Part shown: one piece after another, positions 1 through 12,984 of the stretch
Layout: every line of letters starts with the position of its first letter
How positions within the stretch are numbered: the first letter of the stretch is position 1
From: Amoebophrya sp. A120
Lineage: Eukaryota > Protista > Dinoflagellata
Length of the DNA stretch: 64,000 nt
NCBI GenBank assembly: GCA_905178155.1
Contig: CAJINV010000002.1
Coordinates: forward strand, 5,802,859-5,866,858
Direction of reading: 5' to 3'
Translations under genes and position numbers: made by a program
The notes under the pieces: model-generated
Told to the model about the DNA's origin: nothing
The model's database searches: none
Seen by the model: the letters and a program-made list of their open reading frames with translations, nothing else

Positions 1-840
1 CAAGAAGGGCCCCCGGCCGCGGGGCCGGTCGAAGCCCGCCGGGGTTTTTCCGGTAGTCGCCGCGAAGGGCGGGCAGCTCGGGAGCAGCCGAAAAGGTTGC
101 CCGCCCGCCGAGGCCGACGGGCCAACTAGAAAGAGCCCGGCGGCCGACCTCCCCGGCCCCGGCCGTCTTGGCGCTCGCCCCTGAAGCCTGCCGCGTAACC
201 GGTCTGCCCGCCCTGTTGGGCGGGTCCGGCCACTAAAATGGCTTCTCGTTTCGAAGGAGTGGCAGCCGGAGCCGGCCCGCGCGCTTGCTTGTCGCATTGG
301 CGGGTCGACGTTCCTGGCCGGGTGTCCGTGCGAACGGCGCGACCCGCCGCGCTCGGCATGTTCCGCAGCTGTAGTCTCACCAGGGTTTTGCCTCGCTTCA
401 CCCTGTGGCCTGGGTCCTGAAAAATTGCTGCGTCGATAATAACGTCGTGGTCGAGCCGCGCACTAGCACCCACACGGAACCATAAAACGTGGCGCGCGGT
501 GTTCTGAAAGGAGAAGGATTCGGATTGTTTTTGGGTGTAGAGAATGGAGCGACGTCACTGCATCGAAAAACCAACCAGGAGAGTTTTCCAAAGCGGCCGC
601 TCGTGTCAGAAAAAGGAGCGACGGTCTCAAAACGAAGCTCTGTGTCTGCAACTGGTGCCGATGTCGAGGATTTTGCATGCATTTTTCCGAGAGCTAGTTC
701 GTGTGGAGCGGAACGTTGTTGATAGTGGAGATCTTGTATGAAGCTGGTGCACCAACAAGAGGCATTCATCGGAATCTCCGAGAGCTGCATGACGACTTTT
801 TGAAAACCTCGTTGGAGTCGAAGCCGCACCGCAGCCCAGT

Positions 841-3800
841 ATGACGACGCCAACAAATAACACTTCCGCCACCGCCGCCATGGAGGAAACCGAAGCGCAG
901 GCCGCCCAGCTCGACGAGGAGATGCGGGAAAAGCAGCAGCGCATCCGCGCATTTGCGCGCCACGATTCCATGGACCGCAACCGCATGGAGGAACTGTCGC
1001 AAACCGTGTCCGATAGGGACTTGAACAAGAGTCAGATGAACACGAGCGACGGCGATCGACACAGCGAGAGAGATCTTCACGACAACTCGCTGACTGTGCA
1101 TGATCAGGAGCCGCCAGATCTGACGAAGCTTCCGTTGGAAGAACGGCGAATCAGCATGGGCAGCGACAACGAGCTTGTGCGGGACTTCCACGAAAAGGTA
1201 GGCCGAAGGGGCACACCTGGCTACTACCACTCCATGTCCTCGGTTGGGCAAATCCTGTACGGCTCCAGCCCCTCCTCCCCGAGCGTGTTCCCGCGGTTGT
1301 CGAATTTTCTCAGCGCTCTGACCACGCGGCCGCGCGCAACTTCGATCGTCTCCTCGGTCGCAACGCCTGTGAACGGGAAGGGCGGCGACATTGCCGTGAT
1401 GGAAACCGTGGAGCAAAACGTTTCGGTTTTGCCGATGAGCAAAGGCACGACGATGTTGACGAGCGGCGGGGAGATGAGAACTAGTACAACCAGTAGCGCG
1501 CCGCCCGCTGGGATGAATAGAGTTCGATCTGCGCCGGCATCTACTTCTTCCAAGAAGAAAGCACACGATGACGATCTGATCGGGAAGAATTTGCTGCTTA
1601 CTGCGGTAGGAGACGTCTCAAACAAACCTACTGATGCGGATCGGAAAACCACATCACAGACCATCGCTAAGATGCAGCTCCCAGCGACGTTTATTGCAGG
1701 AGCTCCTTCTTCAGACGGAAACAGCATGATTCCGGGGGCCGTGAATCAAAATATGATCAAACGAGACGACAAGGATATTCTCAACGCCGTTCCCTCCGCC
1801 CCGACTATTTTGGTGAATGGCTCAGAGTACCACACGACCCAGCAGCAAGAAGATGACGTCAAAGACAATTCAGTGGTCGTCAATGTCGGGGATTCTTCAG
1901 ATGGTAACCCTACAACTTTCAGCAACATGCAACTCAACAAAAACACCAAGTCTCTCTCCTCCGATCTCAAAACACACGTCGAGACAGCCTCCGTTCGTTC
2001 GAAAAACACGCTTCTGTCCGCACCACAGAGCGGATCTGGCACGACAGCAGGAAACACGAATTCTGATGCCAATAAATTCTCGACCTCCACGACCAGCAAT
2101 CGGCTCTCCGCGATTACGAACCGATCGAGCATGGTTTCCGTGACTAGCACCACTTTAGGTAGGTTGGAGAACTTGGTGACCACGTTTTTGGGTTCGATGA
2201 ATTTTGGAACACAACGGCGGGACAGTGGAAACCGGAAGTCGTCGCGATTTGGTAAAAATGGTGCAGCTCTCGACTGCGTTTTGGAGGATGATAGCTACGG
2301 GGAACCACGACAAATAATACCTGGACTGGAAAGGAGAAACGAATTGGAAGACGCCGGCTTAGCAGCTGCTCCATTGAAGGAAAATCTAGACAGGCAAGAC
2401 GAAGACTTCCTTGCAGGCACAACAAATCCGTCAAGCGGAAATAAACAAACCAATGCCAAACCGAACATTCACGCTCGCCAATCCGCCGCGTTACACCGCA
2501 GCTACAAAGCCACGCGACAAAGTTCCTGGCTGGCGCTATTGCCGCAGACGAGATCCTGGGTCAAGATGAAGTTCGACAACAGTTGGCAAAGGTCCACAAC
2601 TTTGTCGCAGGACTTTGACCTACCGGAAGGGCTGCAAAATAACGGAGTAGGCGATAGGAGCAATAAGTCCTCGCCCCGAGACGACGGATCGGGGTCAAGG
2701 TCCGGGCGTAGCTTCGGCTTTTTCTCAAGAGCGACGAGGAAAGACCGGGATTCGTTCCTTCAGTCCACTTCCACAGCGTTAAGCTACAACGCGAAGTTTT
2801 TCTGCGTCAATTGCGCGCCGGTGATTTACTTGCTCAAATCTCTGTTCCACATGTTCATGAACTTTCTGCAAAAGCTCGTCTACTTCCTCTGCAGCTACGA
2901 AACCGAGCAGGAATTGTTAAAATGGCAGGCGTGGTGGGAGAAGACGTTTCGGCGCTGGTACGAAAACGTGGAGAAAACGAGTGAGCACACCGTGCATAAA
3001 GAGAAGCTGTTGCATATGGAAGCGTCAGGATTGAAATCGTCAAAGTTGAAATAACTTGTAATGCATAAAATCGATACCAGTTGGAAGCCCAATTTCTAAG
3101 TGGTGCATGACAAATTTTCCGAGCACCGGAATCCAATCTGTCATGCTGTTTGGGCACAGACGACTGCTTTTGTCATGCTACTTTAACGGCTCTACTTCAA
3201 ACCCTAAACAGGCCGCCAGTCGGCTTCACTTGCCATCCCGGCAAGACAGGCAATTCATGCCTTGCATTTTATGCATGCCAAATCATTTCAACATTGTCGA
3301 TTTCAAACCTGACGCTTCGATATTGCACTCCCTCAGGTCGGAGATCTACGACAGCAAGACCCGATACAGCATTTACGACGTGTTTGAGCCGGTGACGATT
3401 TCGCAGTCACAGTATTCGACATCGTATTCAAAAAAAAAATACCATCGCAATCACTTTTGCACAATACAAAAATTTTCGTCATGCGCAAAAATGCATCACA
3501 GTCAAGAGTCATAGGCGATTTCCCTTTGTATTTTTGCAATACAAGAAAAATTTGTCATGCGGGGCAAACTTCTGATGCAAAACCTCCTAAATGTGATTGT
3601 GATGGTGTTTTTTTCTAGGATACATCGTCCTCTTCGAGTACTAACAAAAACGGTTCAAATCGGAACAACAGAAACAGCAAAGCTGCGAACAACGGAAATA
3701 AAGGTAGCAATGTCCGTTCCGGCCAGTCCGTGGCCTCCGGTGCCCGTTCGGCCTCTTCGAAGTCTCGTTGCAGCCTCGCTTCCAACCCGTCCGGAGGCGA

Positions 3801-6800
3801 GGAGCAGAATTACCAACACCAAGACGACCCGACTGAAAATTTCTTTGCCCGGAACCGGGCGTTGTCAAGACTCTCTATGTTTGCAAACCACGTGAACTCG
3901 ATCATTGCCGCGTGGAGCTTCATTTTGGGCACTGGGCTGATGGTGTTCTGGGATTTCATGCTGTGTGCGCAGATCGCGACGTTGCTGAAACTGGATTTGT
4001 TCCTCGACGCGGCGTACGTGCTTCTCGGACCAATTCTTTGCCTGCGCACGACGGTTTTGAACGTCTTGCGAGGGGTGGAAGTTGTGGGGCCGCCGCGGCT
4101 GATCATGAAGTTGCAAATCTCTGACTCTACCTGGTGGATGGACATGTTTTCCTGCGTTCTGTGGCCCTACCTGTTTTACTACGAAGACAACATGATCAAA
4201 CACGACCATTACCAGAGCGACCACTACCACAGCAACAGCGGTGGGGCGGACGGCGCCGGCGGCGCAAACATCGTGATCGTTTTGTCACTGTTGAAGCTGG
4301 TCCGGATGTGGCGGTTGGCAAGAGACCCGACCTACATGCTGGTGGCGTGCCGGACGTGGAACACGGGGAGGTTGGGCCGGCTGGTTCTGCTGATTTTGCT
4401 TTTCGGACACTTCTGCGGCGCGATTTGGTTTTACGTCACGGACAAAGAGAAAACCGTGCTGCAAATCGTGTCCCGGGACTCGATTGAATTTGCGGATTAC
4501 TACACCGATAGTAGTACTTCTGCCAGCACAACAAGCCTTCATATTTCCAACGAGTACCTGAAGGAACAGCTGTCCTTCTACGATCTGTACGCCTACTCCC
4601 TGCAGCACGGAATGATCATGTTCCTCGGCAGGATGAATTCCACCGGGAACTCCCCCGGGGAAAATTTACTTTTCGCCTTCGTTGCTCCGTATCCTGAGTA
4701 AAAACGTACCCACACCAGAGTCAAGATGGAAAATCTGCTAGACAAATCCACAAGCTTTGGCTGTTTTGCATGACAAATTCGGACTCGTAGTGTAGTGCTG
4801 TTTGAGCGTGCTCAGCAGCATTACAGATCTAGTCTCTCATGCTGATTGGAGCATGACAAATTTCAAAACAACATTAGAGAATGCTCCTCATGCGGCTCCG
4901 CATGAGAAACATTTTAAGCATGCAGATTTGCATTACAACTCTGGCGTGGGTACGTTTTTACATAGGATACCCCGGTTGGGATCATCATTCAGTCCGTGAT
5001 CTTCAGCAAAATGTCAATGATGTACATGTATAAAATGCAAATATGTCTGGGTCTGGAACAAGAGTGTAACTTGTCATGCTACATCTGGATCGTGGAAAAA
5101 CTTGTGTTGCATGATTACCAAAAGAGGTCCACTTTTGAACAAGTTTAGAGGCAGTTTCTCGTGCAGGAAAGGCATGGTAGAGATCTCACAGAACCTGTCA
5201 TGCTAGGCAGTGCATGCCAGACCGCGTGGGTCATGGAAAACCTGCATAACAAACTTGCATTCTTCCAGACCCAGACACTCTTGCACTTGATAACATGGCG
5301 CAAGACCAGCACATAGTGCGCCAGCAACAACTCCTCGTGGATCTCCGGGCTTCCATGAAGATGCTGCGGTTGCTATCAAAAGGAAAAATCCCCCCTCCCC
5401 ACACTGAACAGGTATGCTTCGTCTAAAAATTTGTGATGCTGATTTGTGACCACAAATCCTGTCTCTCTTGCCAGAGGGCAAACGCAGAGACCCCGCCACG
5501 ACATACAGGCGATTTGTAATGCTGCAAGGCCTATAGGGCAGCAGTCTGCCATGCTAGGCCCCTACACCAAGAGACCCCCCCTTAGGCTTACGATCTGCGT
5601 GCAGTCCTTTACTGCAAGACAAATGTGATTTGTGTACTCAAATACCGCAACACAAATTTCGTTTTCGATATGGGGAGGGGGGATTTTTCATTTTGAAAGG
5701 TGCCGTTGACGTTGCGGTCGAGGATTCTGTCTTTCTTCACCTACCAGCGGGTTATGCATTGCAAATATGTCCGGGTCTGCACGGCTCCGAACTTGTGATG
5801 TGAATTGCGGATCGTGCAAAGATTTGTGTTGCATGACTGGCAACAGGTGCTCACTACTTCTGGCCATGCTGAGAGGGTATTTCTCATGCAGAATAAGTAG
5901 GCATCACTGAGGGGCTGCAGAACCTGTGATGCTAGGACCCGCATTCCAGATTTGAGGACGCTAGGAGAAACTGCATGACAAAAATCTGCATTCTTCCAGA
6001 CCCAGACATATTTGCATTTGATATGGGTCCACAGAAACCAAGACTTTCTCGGCGTCCTCCACAGTTCCGGCGGGGGGCAGAGCCAGCAGCTGAAGTGGCA
6101 GCTGGCTTTGACACTGTATCGGGATTTGCTCGACCCCGACGTCGTGGGTGGCTTCTGTTTGCCGACCAGTAGCTTCGCAGCCTTGCAGGCAATCTTGCTC
6201 GCTCTGAAGGACGAAATTTGCCTCCCCGGGGACTACATCTGCAAGGAGGGGGACGAGGGAACGGGGATGTACTTCTTGCTAAAAGGGGAGTTGATTGTGA
6301 GCTCGAAGGGCGAAACGCTAGCGGTTCTGCAGAAGGGCCAGTTTTTCGGCGATCTGAGCTTGTTAACGGGGTTGCGACGGACGGCCTCGGTGCGGGCGAA
6401 CACGTTTTGCACTTTGGCTTTCCTTTCCAAACAAGCGATGGCTCCGATCTTGCAGAAGTATCCGAGTCAAATGGAGTTGATGGCCTCGGTGTTTCGAAAG
6501 ACGGTGATTGGCATGGGAGGGGGCAAACCGCCACCTGGAGGTGGGCCACGACAGGGTAGTAACAGTCAGAACCCCACGGGTGCCGCTGGACGGAGTAACC
6601 CGTCGTCGAATGAGAACTACGTTTCCGGGCAGCAGTCGCACTCAGGAGCACCGTCGGGAAGTAGAGCAGGTTTGTCTTCTGGTGGACAGCAGAAAAACAA
6701 GAACCAGAGCAAGCAAATGCACAACCAGATGCCACAAGTTGTAAACCCCAACATCCCGTCGTGGCGCAAATCGCAAATGCGCACGCAGTATCAAATGCAA

Positions 6801-9800
6801 AAATGTCTGGGTCTGGAAGAATGCAAGTTTGTCATGCTTGTCTGGCATGACTAGAAAATCTGTGTTTCATAGGTACGAAAGAGCCATCTTAACTGCCATG
6901 CAAAGAGGCAGTGCGCCATGCGGAATGCATAAGACATGGCAGCCACAAAATTTGTGATGCATAGCTGCGTATTGCGGCACGTCTATCATTCACTTTTAGC
7001 ATTACAAGTTTCCAGACCCAGACATATTTGCAATCCACACGCAGATGCAGGACCAGATCCAGCAAAAGTCGAAGCAGTTTTGCATCGACCCGAATCTCTA
7101 CTCTAACAAAGATACCTGGGTGGAGCGGGAGCTGTGGCAGCGGTGCGAATTGATGAGTGAGGAAAGTTCGGAAGGCAGCGGTAGCTCGGATGAACAATCG
7201 GAGGAAGAAGACTCGGACGAGAGCGATCACACTGAAGACGAGGACGATGATGTTCATGACAACGACCGCAGTCAAACCGAGTGCAGCCGAACCCAGGACT
7301 CCGAAGAGTCGCCTTACTCGGTTGAAACTTCGGAGACGTTTCCCAAAGCGAGGAACGGGAGAGGAGGACGACAAAGGGCTGCGAATTATCGCAACAATGA
7401 TAGTACTGACCAAACATCTGGCTACAGAACCAGCGGAACAAACGGTAGTCACCAGGGGTCCGAGAGGAGCGGCACTGGTCCTACTGCAACTCGGGGTGAA
7501 CAAAGTAGAAATCACAACGATTACAATTCATCACAGCTGGTGAACCGTTTGAAAACCTTCCAGTCTGTTCAAACTTGCGATTTGGAGTCTGGGGATGAGG
7601 TCTGGGACCCGAATGCCGATACGGATTCGGAAAACACCAGCGGCTCTGCGTCTGAAGGTGCAAATGAGGAGGACGAAAAAGAGGACAAAATGAACAGCAC
7701 GATTAATTCCAAGTCCTCCAAGCCTTCGAACGCCACCACGTCCCATTCCCACCGCCAGCACTACCAGGCCCTGCAAACCTTCGCGACGCACGCGGTGGTT
7801 GTGAGCAGAGAAACCACGAAAGACAGCACAGCGGTAGGAGCCGATGTAGAAGCGGACAACGCCAATAGTTCGCCAACCCGGAAGCAGGCGAAAAACAAAA
7901 AAAGACGCCTCTCTGGGCAGTCGGAAAGAAGGGTGAGGAAAATGTCGCAGCAGTCGAAGCTGTCCATGCGGTCCTCGGTGCGGACAGGCAATAGCAGTAT
8001 CGCGGATTCCAACATTCGACGGATTCGGGCGAGAGAAAAAGAGGGCTGGGCGGGGATCATAAAGAAAAGTGCGGGTCGGTCCGGGTCGAATCAAGAGCCT
8101 CTGGATGATCAGCTTTCACTGGACGAGGACGATCACCCGCTGCAGAGGAGGCTGAGTCACGACAGTCTCTGCTCCGAACTGATGCAGTTCAAGGATAACG
8201 TCTGCTCGCGGCATGCGCGGCACGCGAGGCGGATGAGCAATCCGTATCCGGAGGATGCGGGGTATGAACCAGTGTATGGTGGTGACCATGCGCCAGTTCT
8301 TAACCACACAAGAACTACTTCTACAGGGAACAAGACTCACAGTACGAAATCGAGCCCGAAAATGATGAAGGGTAGCAGATCTTTTGGCACCAGTAGAACG
8401 ACCAAGAATTTGGGACGACAACAGCAGAACAATAATAACGCGGCCCTGCTTTACAACCGGCCGACTTTGGAAAAGAGCACATCGGAATTAACGACCGAGC
8501 AGATTCCGGCGGATCAACTTCTGCATCCGCAACCGGTTCTTTCGCCTATCCCGGGGGAGACGTTGGTGCCCTTCCAGGAGCAGCTGCATCTGTTTCCGAG
8601 AGCAACGACCGATAATTCCTGTAGTTCAGGGAAGAAACAGCTACATCAGGCCCAGGGAGAAACTACTACGGAACTAATGCAGCAAGGGCCTATGCCTGCC
8701 GCGCCTCCTGCTGCTCTGACCCTGCCGCTCCGCCAAACGCAAGCCAGGTCTCAAGTCGCGGAGTCGGAAGTTGTACCGACTAAGGGCGGGGCGGGCCAAG
8801 CGTTAGTGGAAACACTAAACCCGACAGTTGATGTACTAGACCACGAAGATGTTGCAGCTCCGGTACTAGAGAACGACGATGGGCAGCAGGAGAAAAAGCG
8901 ACAGCAAGCTTCCCCCGTAGAACAGTCACCGGCGAGAAGTATCACCAGCAGCAGGAAAGCGAAGGACAGAATGATGTTGAAAAAGAAGAACAATTTTGAT
9001 GCTCAAGAAGTAGAACATTCTGGCCATCCAGGTGTTGTTTCCGCGTCCGCACCTCCCGCTATCCCCCCTATCCTCGAAGACATTGACGTGCAGCACCGCA
9101 CCGCGTCGGGGAAGTTGGTCAGATTTGATCTGCGAAAAACCAAACACACATCCAGCTCGGAATCAAACATCCGCAGTACGCAAATGGGAGGGGTTGTAGG
9201 CAACAAGGAAGGCAGCGGTTTGCACACCAACCACAGCTCGGGTAACCGCATGAGTGACAGCACGCCCGGTGAACTACGGACCAACAGCAGTTCCGAGGTG
9301 CCGGAAAGAACGAATACGTCTTCGGAGGTGGATCTACTTTCCGCAGCGGTGTCCGGGTTCAATACAACCAGTGCGGGAAGCTCGGTTCAGAACTTTCCGA
9401 CGCAGGAGGGGGATCATGATGACCTTCGACGTGTGGGTCGTGAGAGCAAAAGCAATCAGGATGTTGAGCAGGATCATTTTACATTCGCAGGAACTACAGG
9501 AGCCATGATGCCTGTGGTGCCAACTGTCGCTGGAGAAAACGCGACCAACGCGCGCGCTTTCAATGTTCCAGTCCGCGAGGACAGTGTCAGTGCGTCGAAG
9601 CCGAGTAGCACTGTGGGCAACACCTCGGACGACATGATTTCCTGGTCGTCGAAAAAGTCCAAAAGGTCGTCCCGCTCTCACCGAATAAAGGACCACAGGC
9701 GGGGGAGTGGTGGTAAAAGCGAGCGGAAGGAAGATACTCTCAGAGAGGACGCAAAAAACTCACCAAGAAATACAGTTGCGGATACACAAGTAAAACAGCA

Positions 9801-10671
9801 GAACACTTCCTTCGACACTCTGAATCACACTGCGCGCAGCAGCAGAAGCAGTAAAAGAGGAGACTATGATCAGAGAAGGAAGGAGGGAAGGGATGATCAT
9901 GAACACGATAGGAAACGAGCCGATGGTTACAGAAGCAGTTCGGGAGAGAGGAGTCGAGCGCACGCCGGGCGAAACAAAAAATCTGCCTCGTCGGATCATC
10001 AGGAAAAGAAACGAAGAGAACGCGACGACAATGAATGTGAAACGAGTGGCCCAGGCGACCATGGTGAAAACAATGTCGAGGGGGGGAGCTACAATTGCAA
10101 CACCAAATCCGGCAGTAGTCACTCGCAAAAGTCGCATGCGAATACCGGCCCCGGCACTAGCGCAGACAGCGTCGCTCCTCCAGCAGAGCAACAGAAGTCA
10201 AAGTCAAAAAAGCACCACAGCAAGGACAAGCATCTGCAATTACCGCGGAACAGCAACAACCTTGCGCAAAACGATGCTGCGAGTACGCTTTCTGATCTGC
10301 CGTCAAATTCCGGCTCCAAGTATTCCTCTTCTCACTTTCTCGACTATGAACCGCTACAGCAAGGAGGAAATAGTGCTGGACCAGGCTCGTACGTCGGAAG
10401 TTCCGTTGCGCCGGAAGGAGCTGCAATTGGGACCAATAGCAAACCAAAAACTTCTTCTTCGCACACGCACCGCCGCGCATCTGTTACTGCGGGCGGTGGG
10501 ACCACAGCGAGCCACGGAGCCGCGTCGAGGGGCAGGCGGAACAGTGCGGCCATTATGAACGTGGATTACTGCTTAGTCGATGTGGCGATGTTGCAACAGC
10601 CCCCCGGCGGCGCGGGTTCCTCGCAAGACCCGGAAAATCGAAAATCATCCCGACCCAGTGCGAGGAAGTGA
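841..10671 (+). CDS. Cyclic nucleotide-binding-domain (CNG/HCN/KCNH-superfamily) 6TM ion channel, ~2632 aa, 8 exons
   Basis: Exons 841-3014, 3328-3424, 3628-4689, 4975-5028, 5298-5373, 5704-5752, 6029-6788, 7045-10671 join in frame (7899 nt) on removing each element plus one DR. S4 LLKLVRMWRL, S5 LLFGHFCGAIWFYV, C-linker LPLTLRSRILSFFTY, CNBD PGDYICKEGDEGTGMYFLLKG...FFGDLSLL...RRTASVRA. Confidence 0.9.
3015..3322. mobile_element. Introner, family B (TATGGAAGCGTCAGG TIR)
   Basis: TIRs ~25 bp; exact DR TTGCA; 308 bp; removal gives EKLLH-SLRSE. Confidence 0.9.
3425..3622. mobile_element. Introner (TATTCAAAAAAAAAATACCATCGCAATCAC TIR)
   Basis: Imperfect TIRs; exact DR CATCG; in-frame join. Confidence 0.85.
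4690..4969. mobile_element. Introner, family D (TATCCTGAGTAAAAACGT TIR)
   Basis: DR CTCCG/CCCCG; join FVAP-VGIII. Confidence 0.9.
5029..5292. mobile_element. Introner, family A (TATCAAATGCAAAAATGTCTGGGTCTGGAA TIR)
   Basis: Exact DR ACATG; in-frame join. Confidence 0.9.
5374..5698. mobile_element. Introner, family E (TATCAAAAGGAAAAATCCCCCCTCCCC TIR)
   Basis: DR GTTGC/GGTGC; join restores C-linker RLPLTLR. Confidence 0.9.
5753..6023. mobile_element. Introner, family A
   Basis: DR CGGGT/TGGGT; in-frame join. Confidence 0.9.
6789..7039. mobile_element. Introner, family A
   Basis: Exact DR CGCAG; in-frame join. Confidence 0.9.
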
Positions 10672-12984
10672 TGCTGGGAGCATTGCGATGAAATTCGAGT
10701 GTGAAATAGAATGTAAGAACTGTGAGCATCTGAATCTCTTTATGTGTGTTTCACTGTTAGACAAAAGGGGGACTATGAACAGACAGAACATAATTTCATT
10801 TTTTCATGGAAAAAAATTATTGCGATGAACTTGAACATGAATATGAACCTTTTCCTTGTCGTATGATAAACCCGGCCACGGAATCAATATCAAATGTGAC
10901 AAGAACCGACAGCATAGCTTATGAACGTATTCGTATTGTCGCGACCTCAACATCCTTTTATTTTTTTTTGCTTACGTTACGCTCCGGCTCCGGCGAGTAA
11001 TCTACGTACTCTCGTCTGCTATGTCACAGCCAGCAGCGCATCCAAGATGTCTTTGTCTACTAGCTGAGGCTGGAGCCTATAGCGCGGCCTTCTGCATGTG
11101 CATTTTTTCACAGTCAAAAACTGTCTTTGTCCAATGTAAATGTTAGCCCAACAGCCAACTGCAGCTGTTGCATAGTTTTACCCGATTACTCAAACAGACA
11201 AAGGACATGGAACAGCTAAAGCACCCCTTCCACAATCCTGTACATACACATAGCGCAAAACCTTTTTGATGTGATATTGCTAATTTTTCGAACCAAGAGT
11301 GCGCAGCTGCGGCACACACAGCGCGAAGAGGCTACGTAGTGTGAACACAGGAAAGAGCTGAGCACTTTGAAAGGGCGACTCTTTGAATAAATTCAATCGA
11401 CTCTCGGCAGTTTTCGAAGTCAACTTCTTCTGCTTTTTTGTTCCGTATCGACCGGTGGTGCCGGCGGCGTCGCGCATTCACTTAGCTTGTTCCTTCTTTC
11501 GAGTGTTGCGCAACAGCGGAAGCAGTTGGCCATGCCATTTGAGAAAAGAGGAAGACGATTTCACAAGGCGCCAGATACAGACACGAGAGAGGGCGGCTGC
11601 AGCAAGGGCCCGCCAGCGCGGCTGCCGGGGCAGCTTTTGGCTTTGGTGAGCCTGCCGCCACACGGAGGGGCACTGCCCGAAGCCGTCGGGATTGCGCGCA
11701 GAAGCGGCCCGGGCCGCTTTTTGGCCGGCGCCATGTCTTTGCTTCGGGGGCGCATTGATGCATCTGCAAGGAAGAGAACGAGGCGCGCAGCATGCCCATT
11801 GGCGCTTAGCTGCCTGCGCGCTTTTGCGGCGACTTCCAGTGCATTTATCTGCAGGAGACCAAAACCGCAGGGGCGCCTCTCTGTTGCAGACCAAAACCGC
11901 AGGGGCGCCGTGCGCGCACACAACGCAACACCGCTGCGAGCGAGATCGTCGACAAATGTTTCAAGAGTAACCCGCTGCGCCTTGTAGTGCCGCGCAATGA
12001 GGTAGACAACTACAAGGCTCTCGCGGGGCGCGCGCAGCTTGAGGGCGGGCCAGGCAGCCGCGCGCGCGGCGCCGGGCCGGCTTTTTCGATCGCCGAAAGG
12101 CGGGCGCCATTGCATGGCGCGGACGCCGGCACCGGGCGGAGCAATTGGCCCGCGGCGCGCGCTTCCCCGCCCGGCGCCGAGCACGGCAGAAATCTCGACA
12201 CGATAGAAATGCGGGCCAAGGATGAAGCAGTGGGCGCCGTAATCCCTTCCTCATATCTGTAGCCATCTGCCATGGAAGCCGGGCCCAGCCGCTGGGGGTC
12301 CAGGCCAACGAGCCACCGCGGCGACCAAAGGGCGGCGACCCGTCGCGGTCGGCGAGCGAGGGCGCGAGCCTTTTGGAAGCACGACATGAAGGCGCCCGCC
12401 GCGGCCGCCGGCGAAGGAAGTGAATCAAGGCGGGGCGGGGCCTTTGGGCCATCCGAACAGGTGTGGCACCCAGCGCGCGCGCCCGCATGTCGCCTCCCTT
12501 GCGAAGGGGCACCCGCGCGATGTCTTTGGCGAGTTGCACGCGCCGCCTCGGTGCCCGTGGCCGGGTTCTGATGTTGGTGCCTCGCTATTGATATCCTTGT
12601 TGTGGTATAGCAATAGACCAACAGCAGCAAGACCAAGATCGGCGAGAGCGAACGCTTGCATCTTTCGCCAGGACTTAGTAGCGGCGCTACCAACTAGGTA
12701 GGTTGTTCCTAGTCGCCCGCATGACAAGTGGCGCATTTAGACTTGGAGAGAAATCACCATGAAACCTGAACTGCGTGAGCTTGAGTAGCAACATCGATAC
12801 GAAATCCACCGGCGAAGATAACAAAGCTTGTGAGCAAGAAGGAGTTTCAAGAGAGGTCCCGAAAGCTATGACCGCACGAAAAATTCAATCAAAATTAATG
12901 ATCATGCCTCAAAATCCGCCCACCGCGAAAGCTGCACTTGTTCCCCTCTTCTAACTCGCGGCTCCGTTCCCGGAACGCCCGGCG

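Noticed and set aside
11383-12736. Overlapping 100-230 aa ORFs on both strands (also 126-952 and 57000-58100)
   Set aside because: Artefact of GC-rich, stop-poor DNA; R/A/P/G-rich with no domain signal.
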